Notes under the pieces: generated by a model
Databases searched by the model: none
What the model saw: only the letters and a program-made list of their open reading frames with translations
Told to the model about the DNA's origin: nothing
Part shown: positions 56,713 through 64,000 of the stretch, one piece after another
How positions within the stretch are numbered: the stretch's first letter is position 1
How the letters are laid out: every line of letters begins with the position of its first letter
Origin: a virus
IMG/VR virus record: IMGVR_UViG_3300025648_000015
Location: 1-64,000 of that record
Length of the DNA stretch: 64,000 nucleotides
Direction: 5' to 3' (one strand)
Made by a program: the position numbers and the translations under genes

Positions 56713-57668
56713 TGGCTGGTAATCTTTTCCCCACTGCTTTGCACTCTACCTTTATACAAAAGGTAAGTAATTTTCCAGATGATATTTATGATTTTAATAG
56801 TGGTGATGACCTCACCACGTTAATGAATATTTTGCTTGGCAACAGTGGTACTGGACAACTTAACAACCTACAGCTTGCTGCAAGGCTTGGTCAGCAAAAT
56901 ATAGAATTTAATAATTTAGATACAATACTTGGATTAATTCTTAATGTAAAAAGAACTGCTCCTGAAATCTATAGTTTTGCTACAAATCCTTTTATTGATC
57001 AATTGACTGATGCTCAATGGCAAGAAATCAGTACAAAAGATGCAAGTTATCGTGAAAGACTTATGGGAGCTGCAGAAGCTTTTCAAATAGGTTCAACGCT
57101 GTGGGGCGTTCTCACTATGTGTGAAGCATTAACACAAACAAAGTTTTATGTTGTAGAAAGTTGGAGAACACCCGGTTATGGAAGATCGGGCGTTAACCCA
57201 GCCCAAGAAATAGTTCTTATTCCTTTAATGGATTCTACTAACAATAGTGGTTTCTTTACTTGGGATCAAAGCAAAGTTAATACAATTTTGAATACTATAA
57301 AGTATTTTACATTTAATAATTTTGTAATTAGCTTTGGTTCGCCTATTAATACACTTACTCAAATTTCTGGAAACTACGTAGCAACTAACGGTGGTTATTC
57401 AGAATACTTTCATTTGCAAACATCTGTGAATGCAAACGGTTTGAACTCACCTGGAAATATACAACCAGGTGCTAACACAAGATATTGGGTAAAGAATAAT
57501 ACAAGCAGCGTAGCTCCACATTTTGCTCACTTGCAAACACAAGAAATAATTATTGACTTAACAGGGAATATTAATTTTGTTAGCAGTACTGATCCAACTG
57601 GTTTCCCAGAAAACAGCGTTGCTCTTCCTTCTATCCAAGTTACATCAACAGTCTATGGTGCACAATAA
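56712..57668 (+). CDS. Baseplate wedge protein (I-like)
   Basis: LD.ILG...R, D.SYRERL; follows the J-like gene. Confidence 0.65.
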   Translation: MAGNLFPTALHSTFIQKVSNFPDDIYDFNSGDDLTTLMNILLGNSGTGQLNNLQLAARLGQQNIEFNNLDTILGLILNVKRTAPEIYSFATNPFIDQLTDAQWQEISTKDASYRERLMGAAEAFQIGSTLWGVLTMCEALTQTKFYVVESWRTPGYGRSGVNPAQEIVLIPLMDSTNNSGFFTWDQSKVNTILNTIKYFTFNNFVISFGSPINTLTQISGNYVATNGGYSEYFHLQTSVNANGLNSPGNIQPGANTRYWVKNNTSSVAPHFAHLQTQEIIIDLTGNINFVSSTDPTGFPENSVALPSIQVTSTVYGAQ

Positions 57669-60600
57669 TGCCAATTTTACCAAACAATACAGACCCCTCA
57701 AAAGAATACGTAACGCAATCGGTTAATCCGCCTTTAACTATTGACGGTGTTGTCTATAATAAAATTTATTCACACACTGGTGTAATTGATACTTTATCAA
57801 ATATTCAAAGCACTGGATATTCAGATCCCAATGTAAACATTTTTAATCAATCAAATAGTATTATTAGTTTTGATCCACAACTACAAAAATCATGGATCTC
57901 AAGTACTGATTTTGGTGGACCTACAAGTAATCCTGTAGTAATTACTTACGATATTGTAAATACTACTTATTACAACAATATTGTTTTTGATGTGCTTAAC
58001 GTACCTTGTTTTGTTGAGATACTAGACGAGAATGATAATCCATTGCCCGGTTCCTCAACATTCTCAATTGCCGGTGGTGGAGACATTTACACAACTACTA
58101 ATTGGTTGCGTTTAGAATACAATGCACCAACTAACCCAACACCAGCTACAGTATCAGGTACAAATGGAACAAGTAATTTTACTTATCCATTAACTGGTGT
58201 AAGCGAAATATCTATTCGCATTACAAGGAATAAAACTGTTCAATCTAACTCGGGTAATGGAAATACTTTAACAAATATTGCTTATTCAGTAGGTGTACAA
58301 AACTTTAGTATCAAATTAATTGTTAAAAATAATTCTGATATTCCTGCCGCGGTTGTTAGTGGTTCTAATTCTATTATTACACAAAATCGTTTTAATTTTG
58401 TAGAAACATATTCTTATTCAGTTAATAGTGTTTCTAATATGTTTGTTAATGATTCAACATATTGGAAATGTGCTCCACAACCTGTAAAAGACTCAATCGT
58501 ATATTTTTATATGAAAGTTAGCGATCCAACGCCAAAAACAATTAATAGACTATACATTGATCCATTGTACAGTGGTTGCAAATTTAATGTCTATTACACT
58601 ATTCAATCAACAATTAGTGGTACAGTAGATCCAAGCACTTTCTCTTGGACGCCTATTCAAAGAGATTTTTCTTTAAGAAAAGGTTTATACGATTTACCAA
58701 CCGTAAGCTGCACGTATTTAAAAATTGAATTTATAAAACTTATACCAGAAGTATATGACCTGCCATTGGATTCAATTAATAAAACTATTAATGTTTTTCC
58801 TTATGATGTTGAAAATTACTTCTCTCAACTAGAAGCAAATATTATTGACGGTAATGCAGTAAAATATGCAATTACTAACCCAGGTGCTATTGGTGTTTCA
58901 ACTATCTTAAACCAACAGATTAGTAACTCAACTATCCTGGGTAATGCAACTGCAAATATTGGTAATAATTCTACTTTTCCAAGTCTTGCAAATCTTAACT
59001 CAACACAGATTAATAATCCTACTACACAATCTATAAATACAAGTTCATATATCATTGACCCAAGTATTAGTTACAAACTATTAGATTCTAATGGTAATTA
59101 TAACTATAGTTCATATAATGAATTCCTTCAAAGAAGATTTCCAGACAATCGTGTCCATGTTTATAATCAAGTAAACATTAATCAAACTTGGCACCAAGCC
59201 TACTTTACTGGTATTAGATACATTACTTCATTTTTTGAAAATAATTTTGATGATCTACGTGGAACACCACAAAATTTTATTTCAAGCAATGGATCAAACA
59301 CAGGATTCTCTAGCCAAGGTGTTGATTACATTAACCTTAATGTTGACGAAATTGCAGTAACACCATGGTTCTCTACCATTGATAGTTTTAACGCATTTAA
59401 TATTGGTGGTTTAACTACTGACTGGCAAAGTTTTTTAACTCAAGGCAATACAATTAGCAATGATAATACATTGATGAATAACATTAGTGCTGCAACTTTA
59501 AGCACCATGCTCATTAATGCTAGCGGTACAAAAATAGGTACGCTTGGTACAAGTACTATTTATGCAATATCTGGTCAACCTAATACTCAATATGGTATCC
59601 AATCAGCAGCGTATTCTTTTGGCAATAATATTCTTAATTACTACAACGCTAATTTCCTACCATACTCTGGATCAATTTTAAATTGGTCAGGTCTTGGTGG
59701 TACTACAATAACTGGTACATCTGTAAATTATTATAATCCATCAACGGGTCTTAGTGGCACTGCTAGCGGACTAAGTGTTAGCGGTGGGAACTATACAGCA
59801 GCATTTAACTTTACTATACCAAACGTCAATGCAAGTGGTATCCAAACTTGGCAATTGCAATTTGGTGCACCATCGTTTGGTGTAGTTGGTTATGCAAGCT
59901 ATACACAAGCCGGTGGGTTTAATTACTACTTTTTAACCAATGTCCAAGCTTCTGGTTCTACTAATATTAGTCTAAAAACTAGATTTATTAATCCAACAAC
60001 TAATAATGTAATCTCTGGAACTACTGTGAGTGGTAGTACAGTTGCTGTAACTTCTGGATTTAATATAGCTACTGTTACTGGAACTAATTATAGCACTTCA
60101 ATACCATCAAATACAATTCAATTAGTGATTAGTGGTAGCGCAAGCGTACCATATTCACTATATCAATTAGGTGTTTTCACTCAACCAACTAATAAATGGA
60201 TTGGGCCATCCGACCATAGCAATATGAGAGTTAGTGGAACAGTACGTGTACTATTGCCAAAAAATAATGCAGGAACTTATAGAGCAAGTCTTATTGGCAC
60301 TGATGTATTAGGTAACTTATCTGAACTAGCTTATAAAATTTATACACCAGGAACTATGCCAATAAATACTTGGTTCGATGTAGAACTAGAAGGATTTACC
60401 GGTAGCAATTACGTATCATTCGTAATGGTTATAAGGCAGATTGTACCAACAATTAACGAAATTTTTTATGTAAGTATGCTTGCACCATTCTATCACCCAG
60501 TGCGTTATGAATTTACTAATACACAAAACAACAATATTACTGGAAAAACAGGTTGGTATCCAATCACTCTTGGTGTAAATGATGCAAATAGTTTTATAAG

Positions 60601-60880
60601 TACTGCATCTGGATTACCAGCCAGTGGAATACAAATACGTATGACAGCTCTAGACCCTAATGTTTATGTAACTGGAGTAAGTATTATTCCACAATATAAA
60701 CAAAACTCATATTACTCTAATCTTGATATAAATTACATTGGAGTGAGTAAAACCAATGAAATTAGTTCACGACGTAGTATTAGTAGTAAACCTTATTTTC
60801 AGTTGAATTCTGAATATCATCCAGCTATTTTTAATATAAATAGGATCTCAAGCAATGTAAATCTTTACAACGTAGATTGA
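57668..60880 (+). CDS. Large peripheral baseplate protein with beta-sandwich domains
   Basis: 1070 aa; TYWKCAPQP...INRLYIDP...YLKIEF (discoidin-like pattern). Confidence 0.6.
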   Translation: MPILPNNTDPSKEYVTQSVNPPLTIDGVVYNKIYSHTGVIDTLSNIQSTGYSDPNVNIFNQSNSIISFDPQLQKSWISSTDFGGPTSNPVVITYDIVNTTYYNNIVFDVLNVPCFVEILDENDNPLPGSSTFSIAGGGDIYTTTNWLRLEYNAPTNPTPATVSGTNGTSNFTYPLTGVSEISIRITRNKTVQSNSGNGNTLTNIAYSVGVQNFSIKLIVKNNSDIPAAVVSGSNSIITQNRFNFVETYSYSVNSVSNMFVNDSTYWKCAPQPVKDSIVYFYMKVSDPTPKTINRLYIDPLYSGCKFNVYYTIQSTISGTVDPSTFSWTPIQRDFSLRKGLYDLPTVSCTYLKIEFIKLIPEVYDLPLDSINKTINVFPYDVENYFSQLEANIIDGNAVKYAITNPGAIGVSTILNQQISNSTILGNATANIGNNSTFPSLANLNSTQINNPTTQSINTSSYIIDPSISYKLLDSNGNYNYSSYNEFLQRRFPDNRVHVYNQVNINQTWHQAYFTGIRYITSFFENNFDDLRGTPQNFISSNGSNTGFSSQGVDYINLNVDEIAVTPWFSTIDSFNAFNIGGLTTDWQSFLTQGNTISNDNTLMNNISAATLSTMLINASGTKIGTLGTSTIYAISGQPNTQYGIQSAAYSFGNNILNYYNANFLPYSGSILNWSGLGGTTITGTSVNYYNPSTGLSGTASGLSVSGGNYTAAFNFTIPNVNASGIQTWQLQFGAPSFGVVGYASYTQAGGFNYYFLTNVQASGSTNISLKTRFINPTTNNVISGTTVSGSTVAVTSGFNIATVTGTNYSTSIPSNTIQLVISGSASVPYSLYQLGVFTQPTNKWIGPSDHSNMRVSGTVRVLLPKNNAGTYRASLIGTDVLGNLSELAYKIYTPGTMPINTWFDVELEGFTGSNYVSFVMVIRQIVPTINEIFYVSMLAPFYHPVRYEFTNTQNNNITGKTGWYPITLGVNDANSFISTASGLPASGIQIRMTALDPNVYVTGVSIIPQYKQNSYYSNLDINYIGVSKTNEISSRRSISSKPYFQLNSEYHPAIFNINRISSNVNLYNVD

Positions 60881-60905
60881 TTTTCTCTGTTGTTTATGGT
60901 AATAT
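60877..60905 (+). promoter_or_regulatory. SigA/sigma70-type promoter, likely leaderless
   Basis: TTGATT-N17-TAATAT with TG extension; ATG 60912 lies 6 nt after the -10 box. Confidence 0.6.
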
Positions 60906-60911
60906 TTACTC

Positions 60912-62771
60912 ATGCCTTCAGAGAAGACTATATATGTTCAAAAGAGTAAATTACTCAATGGAGTACTAAGATACAGCTCCTTGGACCCTGAAGTCAAGAA
61001 AAAACTTTTGATGCTTGATAATTACGGTACTTTAAAAAACCGTGACAGGATTGATGAGTTTGCTCAGCTTGTAGAAAATAATGATTATTCTTTAATTTTT
61101 GAGGATAAAGAAGCTGAAAACGATTTTATAGATTTACAGATGTGCAGTTCTGAACCATATGAAGTTAATAGCCCTTTTTTGGTTGAGAACCATTTATTCC
61201 CTTTTCAGCATGTTGGACTTAATTATGTCTGGAAGCAAATGCTCTCAGAAAACCCACAAGTATTAGTCCAGTGGGATACAGGTGCAGGCAAAACTTTATT
61301 GAGTTGCCTCACTAGCCAGAAACTGTTTGATCATGGTGCCATTGACAAGGTGCTGGTCTTTTCAAAGAAGATCAAACAATACGACTGGGAACAGGAGTTT
61401 AAGCGGATGACACACTTAACTGTTGAACGTGTAACAGAAAAGATGACTCGCAAAGCTCGCCACGCCATGTACGAAAAAAACACTAACCAAGTATTAGTTC
61501 TTAACTACGAAAAAGTACGTGAAGGCAATATGGCTAAAGTGCCAGGCCAGAGAAAGAAAGTTAAGTCCTACGACCGTACAGATTTATTGCAAATTCTGAA
61601 CATGATCAAGGGGCAACGTGTACTTATCATTATTGATGAAGCACAAAAAATCAACAGCGGAGAAAGTCTGTTGGGAGAAGGTTTTCATACTCTTATTAAC
61701 ACACCGGATAGCGAAACAAAAGCTCTAGCATTAACGGCTACACCATATACGACTAGCCCATTGAACATCCGTAATATTTTTTCTGTAGTAGCCCCTGGTA
61801 TTCCTGACGTTAGTGACATGAAACGTGATGTTTTTAAACGTTTTTACGGTAAAGAGTTCAGCATGTATAGCAATGGTTTTGTACAAGAACTATATGTAAA
61901 AGAATGGGATCGTGCAAAACTTTCTTTATTAGGTAAGAAACACGAAAATTGGACTCACATTGCAATGAAAAGCGATCCCATTATTGCTGCACAGTTCCCT
62001 GAAAGCACTCCAAAAAAGCTTGTATATGAACTTTCTGATATTGACCGTGCTATTTATGATTGGGCTGAAGAACAAGCTCGTGAACGTTATAATCCAGATA
62101 ACCAAGTTGCTAACTGGAGCTATATTGACGTACTCCGTATGATTTGCAATACCACTGAAGGTCTTAAAAACAGTAATGGTAAGTTTGCTAAAGAAATTGT
62201 TGCAGAGTTTGGTAATGACATCAGCATCCAGAATAGTGCAAAATATCAGTTGATTATAAATAATCTTGACGTTTATTTTGAAAAAAATGAAAAAGTTGTT
62301 TTGTTTACATATTGGACAAACGGCACTCTATTTCCATATTACGAAGCGTTAAAAGCACAATACCCAGATGTTCTTATTTTGCCTATCTGGGGAGTTGGAA
62401 TGAGCACTGATCAGTCAGCAGAAAACATGAAACTATTTAATGCTGCTAAAGGTCCAGCTGTATTAATTACAAGTGATGTACTCCAAGAAGGTGCAAACCT
62501 TTATGCACCATACCTTTGGAACATTGAAGTACCACGTACATATGCAGATTACAAACAACGTAAAGATCGTATCAATCGTGCCGATTCTCGCTCAAAAGGA
62601 GTTGACAAAACATGGGTATATCGTCCAGTAGCTGTAAATACTATTGAAGAAAGAGTAGATGCAAAAGTTTTGAGACGGAGAGCGGAAGCAGAAGCAATTC
62701 GTGGTATTATAGACGAGCATGCTGACATGGAAGACACTATTGATGTAACACCGTTTGGATTTTTGTTTTAA
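60912..62771 (+). CDS. SNF2-like superfamily 2 helicase/translocase
   Basis: LFPFQ, DTGAGKT, IIDEAQKI, LTATP, EGANL, QRKDRINR, TIEE. Confidence 0.9.
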   Translation: MPSEKTIYVQKSKLLNGVLRYSSLDPEVKKKLLMLDNYGTLKNRDRIDEFAQLVENNDYSLIFEDKEAENDFIDLQMCSSEPYEVNSPFLVENHLFPFQHVGLNYVWKQMLSENPQVLVQWDTGAGKTLLSCLTSQKLFDHGAIDKVLVFSKKIKQYDWEQEFKRMTHLTVERVTEKMTRKARHAMYEKNTNQVLVLNYEKVREGNMAKVPGQRKKVKSYDRTDLLQILNMIKGQRVLIIIDEAQKINSGESLLGEGFHTLINTPDSETKALALTATPYTTSPLNIRNIFSVVAPGIPDVSDMKRDVFKRFYGKEFSMYSNGFVQELYVKEWDRAKLSLLGKKHENWTHIAMKSDPIIAAQFPESTPKKLVYELSDIDRAIYDWAEEQARERYNPDNQVANWSYIDVLRMICNTTEGLKNSNGKFAKEIVAEFGNDISIQNSAKYQLIINNLDVYFEKNEKVVLFTYWTNGTLFPYYEALKAQYPDVLILPIWGVGMSTDQSAENMKLFNAAKGPAVLITSDVLQEGANLYAPYLWNIEVPRTYADYKQRKDRINRADSRSKGVDKTWVYRPVAVNTIEERVDAKVLRRRAEAEAIRGIIDEHADMEDTIDVTPFGFLF

Positions 62772-62772
62772 T

Positions 62773-62801
62773 TTGACTCTGGTCCCATATCGTGATATGT
62801 T
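62773..62801 (+). promoter_or_regulatory. SigA/sigma70-type promoter
   Basis: TTGACT-N17-TATGTT with TG extension, upstream of the rpf-like gene. Confidence 0.6.
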
Positions 62802-62869
62802 TTATAAACTTAAAGAAGGGAGATCTATTGAAAACTAACTGACCTTATTGTTAGAGAGATAGGATAATC

Positions 62870-63262
62870 TTGAGACGTTTAATTACAATCTCAGTATTAG
62901 CTGTCAGTATGGTTATTAATCATGTTGGAGCTAGCACCCCAAAAGTATTAACAAACAAAGAAACACCAAAAGTGGTTCAAAAGATTAAAAAAGTAGTATA
63001 TCCAGTGATATTGTTTTCTAGGCCAATTATGTTGGCTTGGGAAAAAGTTAACATCTGTGAAATGGGTGGTAACTGGCATTACATAGGCCCCTACTACAGT
63101 GGTGGACTAGGAATGACTAATATTAACTGGATTAAATTTGGCGGTTTAAAATTTGCCAAGAATGCAGGATTAGCAACACCAGAAGAGCAGGTAACAATTG
63201 CTCGTGAGATCGAAAAAAGTGGCTACGTTCCTGACCAATATGGTTGCGGACAAGGCTGGTAG
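62870..63262 (+). CDS. rpf: Secreted resuscitation-promoting-factor-like transglycosylase
   Basis: Signal-peptide-like N-terminus; WEKVNICEMGGNW, YSGGLG, W..FGG..FA..A.LATPEEQV.IA matches the Rpf core with its catalytic Glu. Confidence 0.85.
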   Translation: MRRLITISVLAVSMVINHVGASTPKVLTNKETPKVVQKIKKVVYPVILFSRPIMLAWEKVNICEMGGNWHYIGPYYSGGLGMTNINWIKFGGLKFAKNAGLATPEEQVTIAREIEKSGYVPDQYGCGQGW

Positions 63263-63277
63263 AGGAGAAAATAATAA

Positions 63278-63493
63278 ATGGCAATTAATAAGTATGATCA
63301 GATCCAACGAGACATGATGGACATGATCACCAGTGGTCAGATGCATAGTACCTTGATTGGTAAGACCATTGCTGTGGGCGGAAATAGCCCACGATCACTC
63401 CAAGAAATTGAAGATTTTGTAGAATATATCATAAATTTGCTTAAAAAAGCAGAGCAATTCCGAAAGGATAATGTAAAAAAGAGCAAAAGATAG
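63278..63493 (+). CDS. Small hypothetical protein
   Basis: AGGAG RBS; 71 aa. Confidence 0.65.
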   Translation: MAINKYDQIQRDMMDMITSGQMHSTLIGKTIAVGGNSPRSLQEIEDFVEYIINLLKKAEQFRKDNVKKSKR

Positions 63494-63600
63494 CTAATGA
63501 AGTGAGAGAGCTTTACAGCCTCTCCAGAAGGGCCTGGTCTTCCTCGGGAGTTGCAGTCGGTGTTCATACCTTGACTCCTCCCGAGGCCCTTCCAGCTATC
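63489..63600 (+). ncRNA. Candidate structured RNA (multi-stem, GC-rich); family not identified
   Basis: Nested complementary pairs GATAGCT/AGCTATC, GAGAG/CTCTC, GAAGGG/CCCTTC, CCTCGGGAG/CTCCCGAGG, AGTC/GACT, GGT/ACC. Confidence 0.55.
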
Positions 63601-63616
63601 AATCTTTCCAATAATT

Positions 63617-64000
63617 ATGGATACTAAAATTGATTATAAATGGCAAAAAGAGTCTGCCTGTAAAGGAATGGATATTGAGTTGTTCTATCCATCGCATGGT
63701 AAAGCTCCATCAAAACAACTATCAGACAAATGCGATGGTTGTCCAGTATCCACACAATGCCTTGATCATGCACTCAAATATGAAGAATATGGGCATTGGG
63801 CTAATACAGGACCAACTGAACGTAGAGAATTACGTAATAAACTTGGCATAGAATTGGTTAATATTAATATTGCGTTTCTAAATAATCAATATATTGAAGA
63901 AGAAGAAAAAGTTGAATCTACTTCTATAAAAATTAAAGGACGTGGTCGTAGACCAGCAGATTGTGGGACACGTTCTGGTTATGGTGCACACAGGCGAAAA
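63617..64000 (+). CDS. whiB: WhiB-family Fe-S transcription factor (3'-truncated; missed by the ORF track)
   Basis: MDTKIDYKWQKESACKGMDIELFYP...CDGCPVSTQCLDHAL..EEYGHWANTGPTERR: four Cys and a G-x-W turn; C-terminal GRGRRPADCGTRSGYGAHRRK. Confidence 0.9.
   Translation, partial: MDTKIDYKWQKESACKGMDIELFYPSHGKAPSKQLSDKCDGCPVSTQCLDHALKYEEYGHWANTGPTERRELRNKLGIELVNINIAFLNNQYIEEEEKVESTSIKIKGRGRRPADCGTRSGYGAHRRK

Noticed and set aside
63555-63580. tRNA gene suggested by GGTGTTCATACC
   Set aside because: No cloverleaf, D-arm, anticodon arm or acceptor/CCA arrangement was found; kept only as part of the structured-RNA candidate.
1-64000. Numerous minus-strand and nested plus-strand ORFs of 60-200 aa in the ORF track
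   Set aside because: They overlap longer, RBS-supported, motif-bearing + strand genes and have shadow-frame composition.
1-64000. Stop-codon reassignment
   Set aside because: Genes are full length in the standard code, and TAG, TAA and TGA all end genes at sensible boundaries (capsid and sheath end in TAG).
1-64000. Terminase large subunit, integrase, rRNA or transposase
   Set aside because: No such motifs found. The only P-loop proteins are the SNF2 helicase and the APS-kinase-like protein.

Overview
This 64-kb window is part of a large, AT-rich tailed dsDNA phage genome with a contractile tail (myovirus architecture). All credible genes are on the + strand and tightly packed, often with TAATG overlaps. 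A WhiB regulator, an Rpf-type transglycosylase, a DUF1003 gene and a probable leaderless SigA-type promoter point to an actinobacterial host. The head genes resemble Bxz1-like (cluster C mycobacteriophage) myoviruses, by recollection and not by search. Gene order: (1) 1-9.6 kb, Cys/Zn-finger-rich charged proteins, probably internal head proteins; (2) 9.6-17.2 kb, portal, membrane proteins, prohead protease, scaffold, decoration protein and major capsid; (3) 17.4-27.4 kb, Ser-Gly-rich appendage and fibre proteins; (4) 27.4-32.9 kb, an enzyme cassette (two dUTPase-fold paralogs, sulfotransferase, two 2OG-Fe(II) hydroxylases, HemK-like methyltransferase, APS-kinase-like protein); (5) 33-39 kb, a very basic repeat protein, an NlpC/P60 hydrolase and an FN3/Gly-rich protein; (6) 39-60.9 kb, neck, sheath, tube, -1 frameshifted chaperones, tape measure and baseplate; (7) 60.9-64 kb, SNF2 helicase, Rpf, a GC-rich structured RNA candidate and WhiB. 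The best candidate for an undescribed system is the 26298-27425 protein. It carries two five-cysteine arms with exactly mirror-image spacing (6,5,7,7 / 7,7,5,6) around a KRKRR segment and a (PPFF)9 repeat. It sits directly upstream of a hydroxylation/sulfation/methylation cassette, in a virion whose external proteins are saturated with Ser-Gly motifs. All product calls come from motif recognition and synteny; no database search was run.
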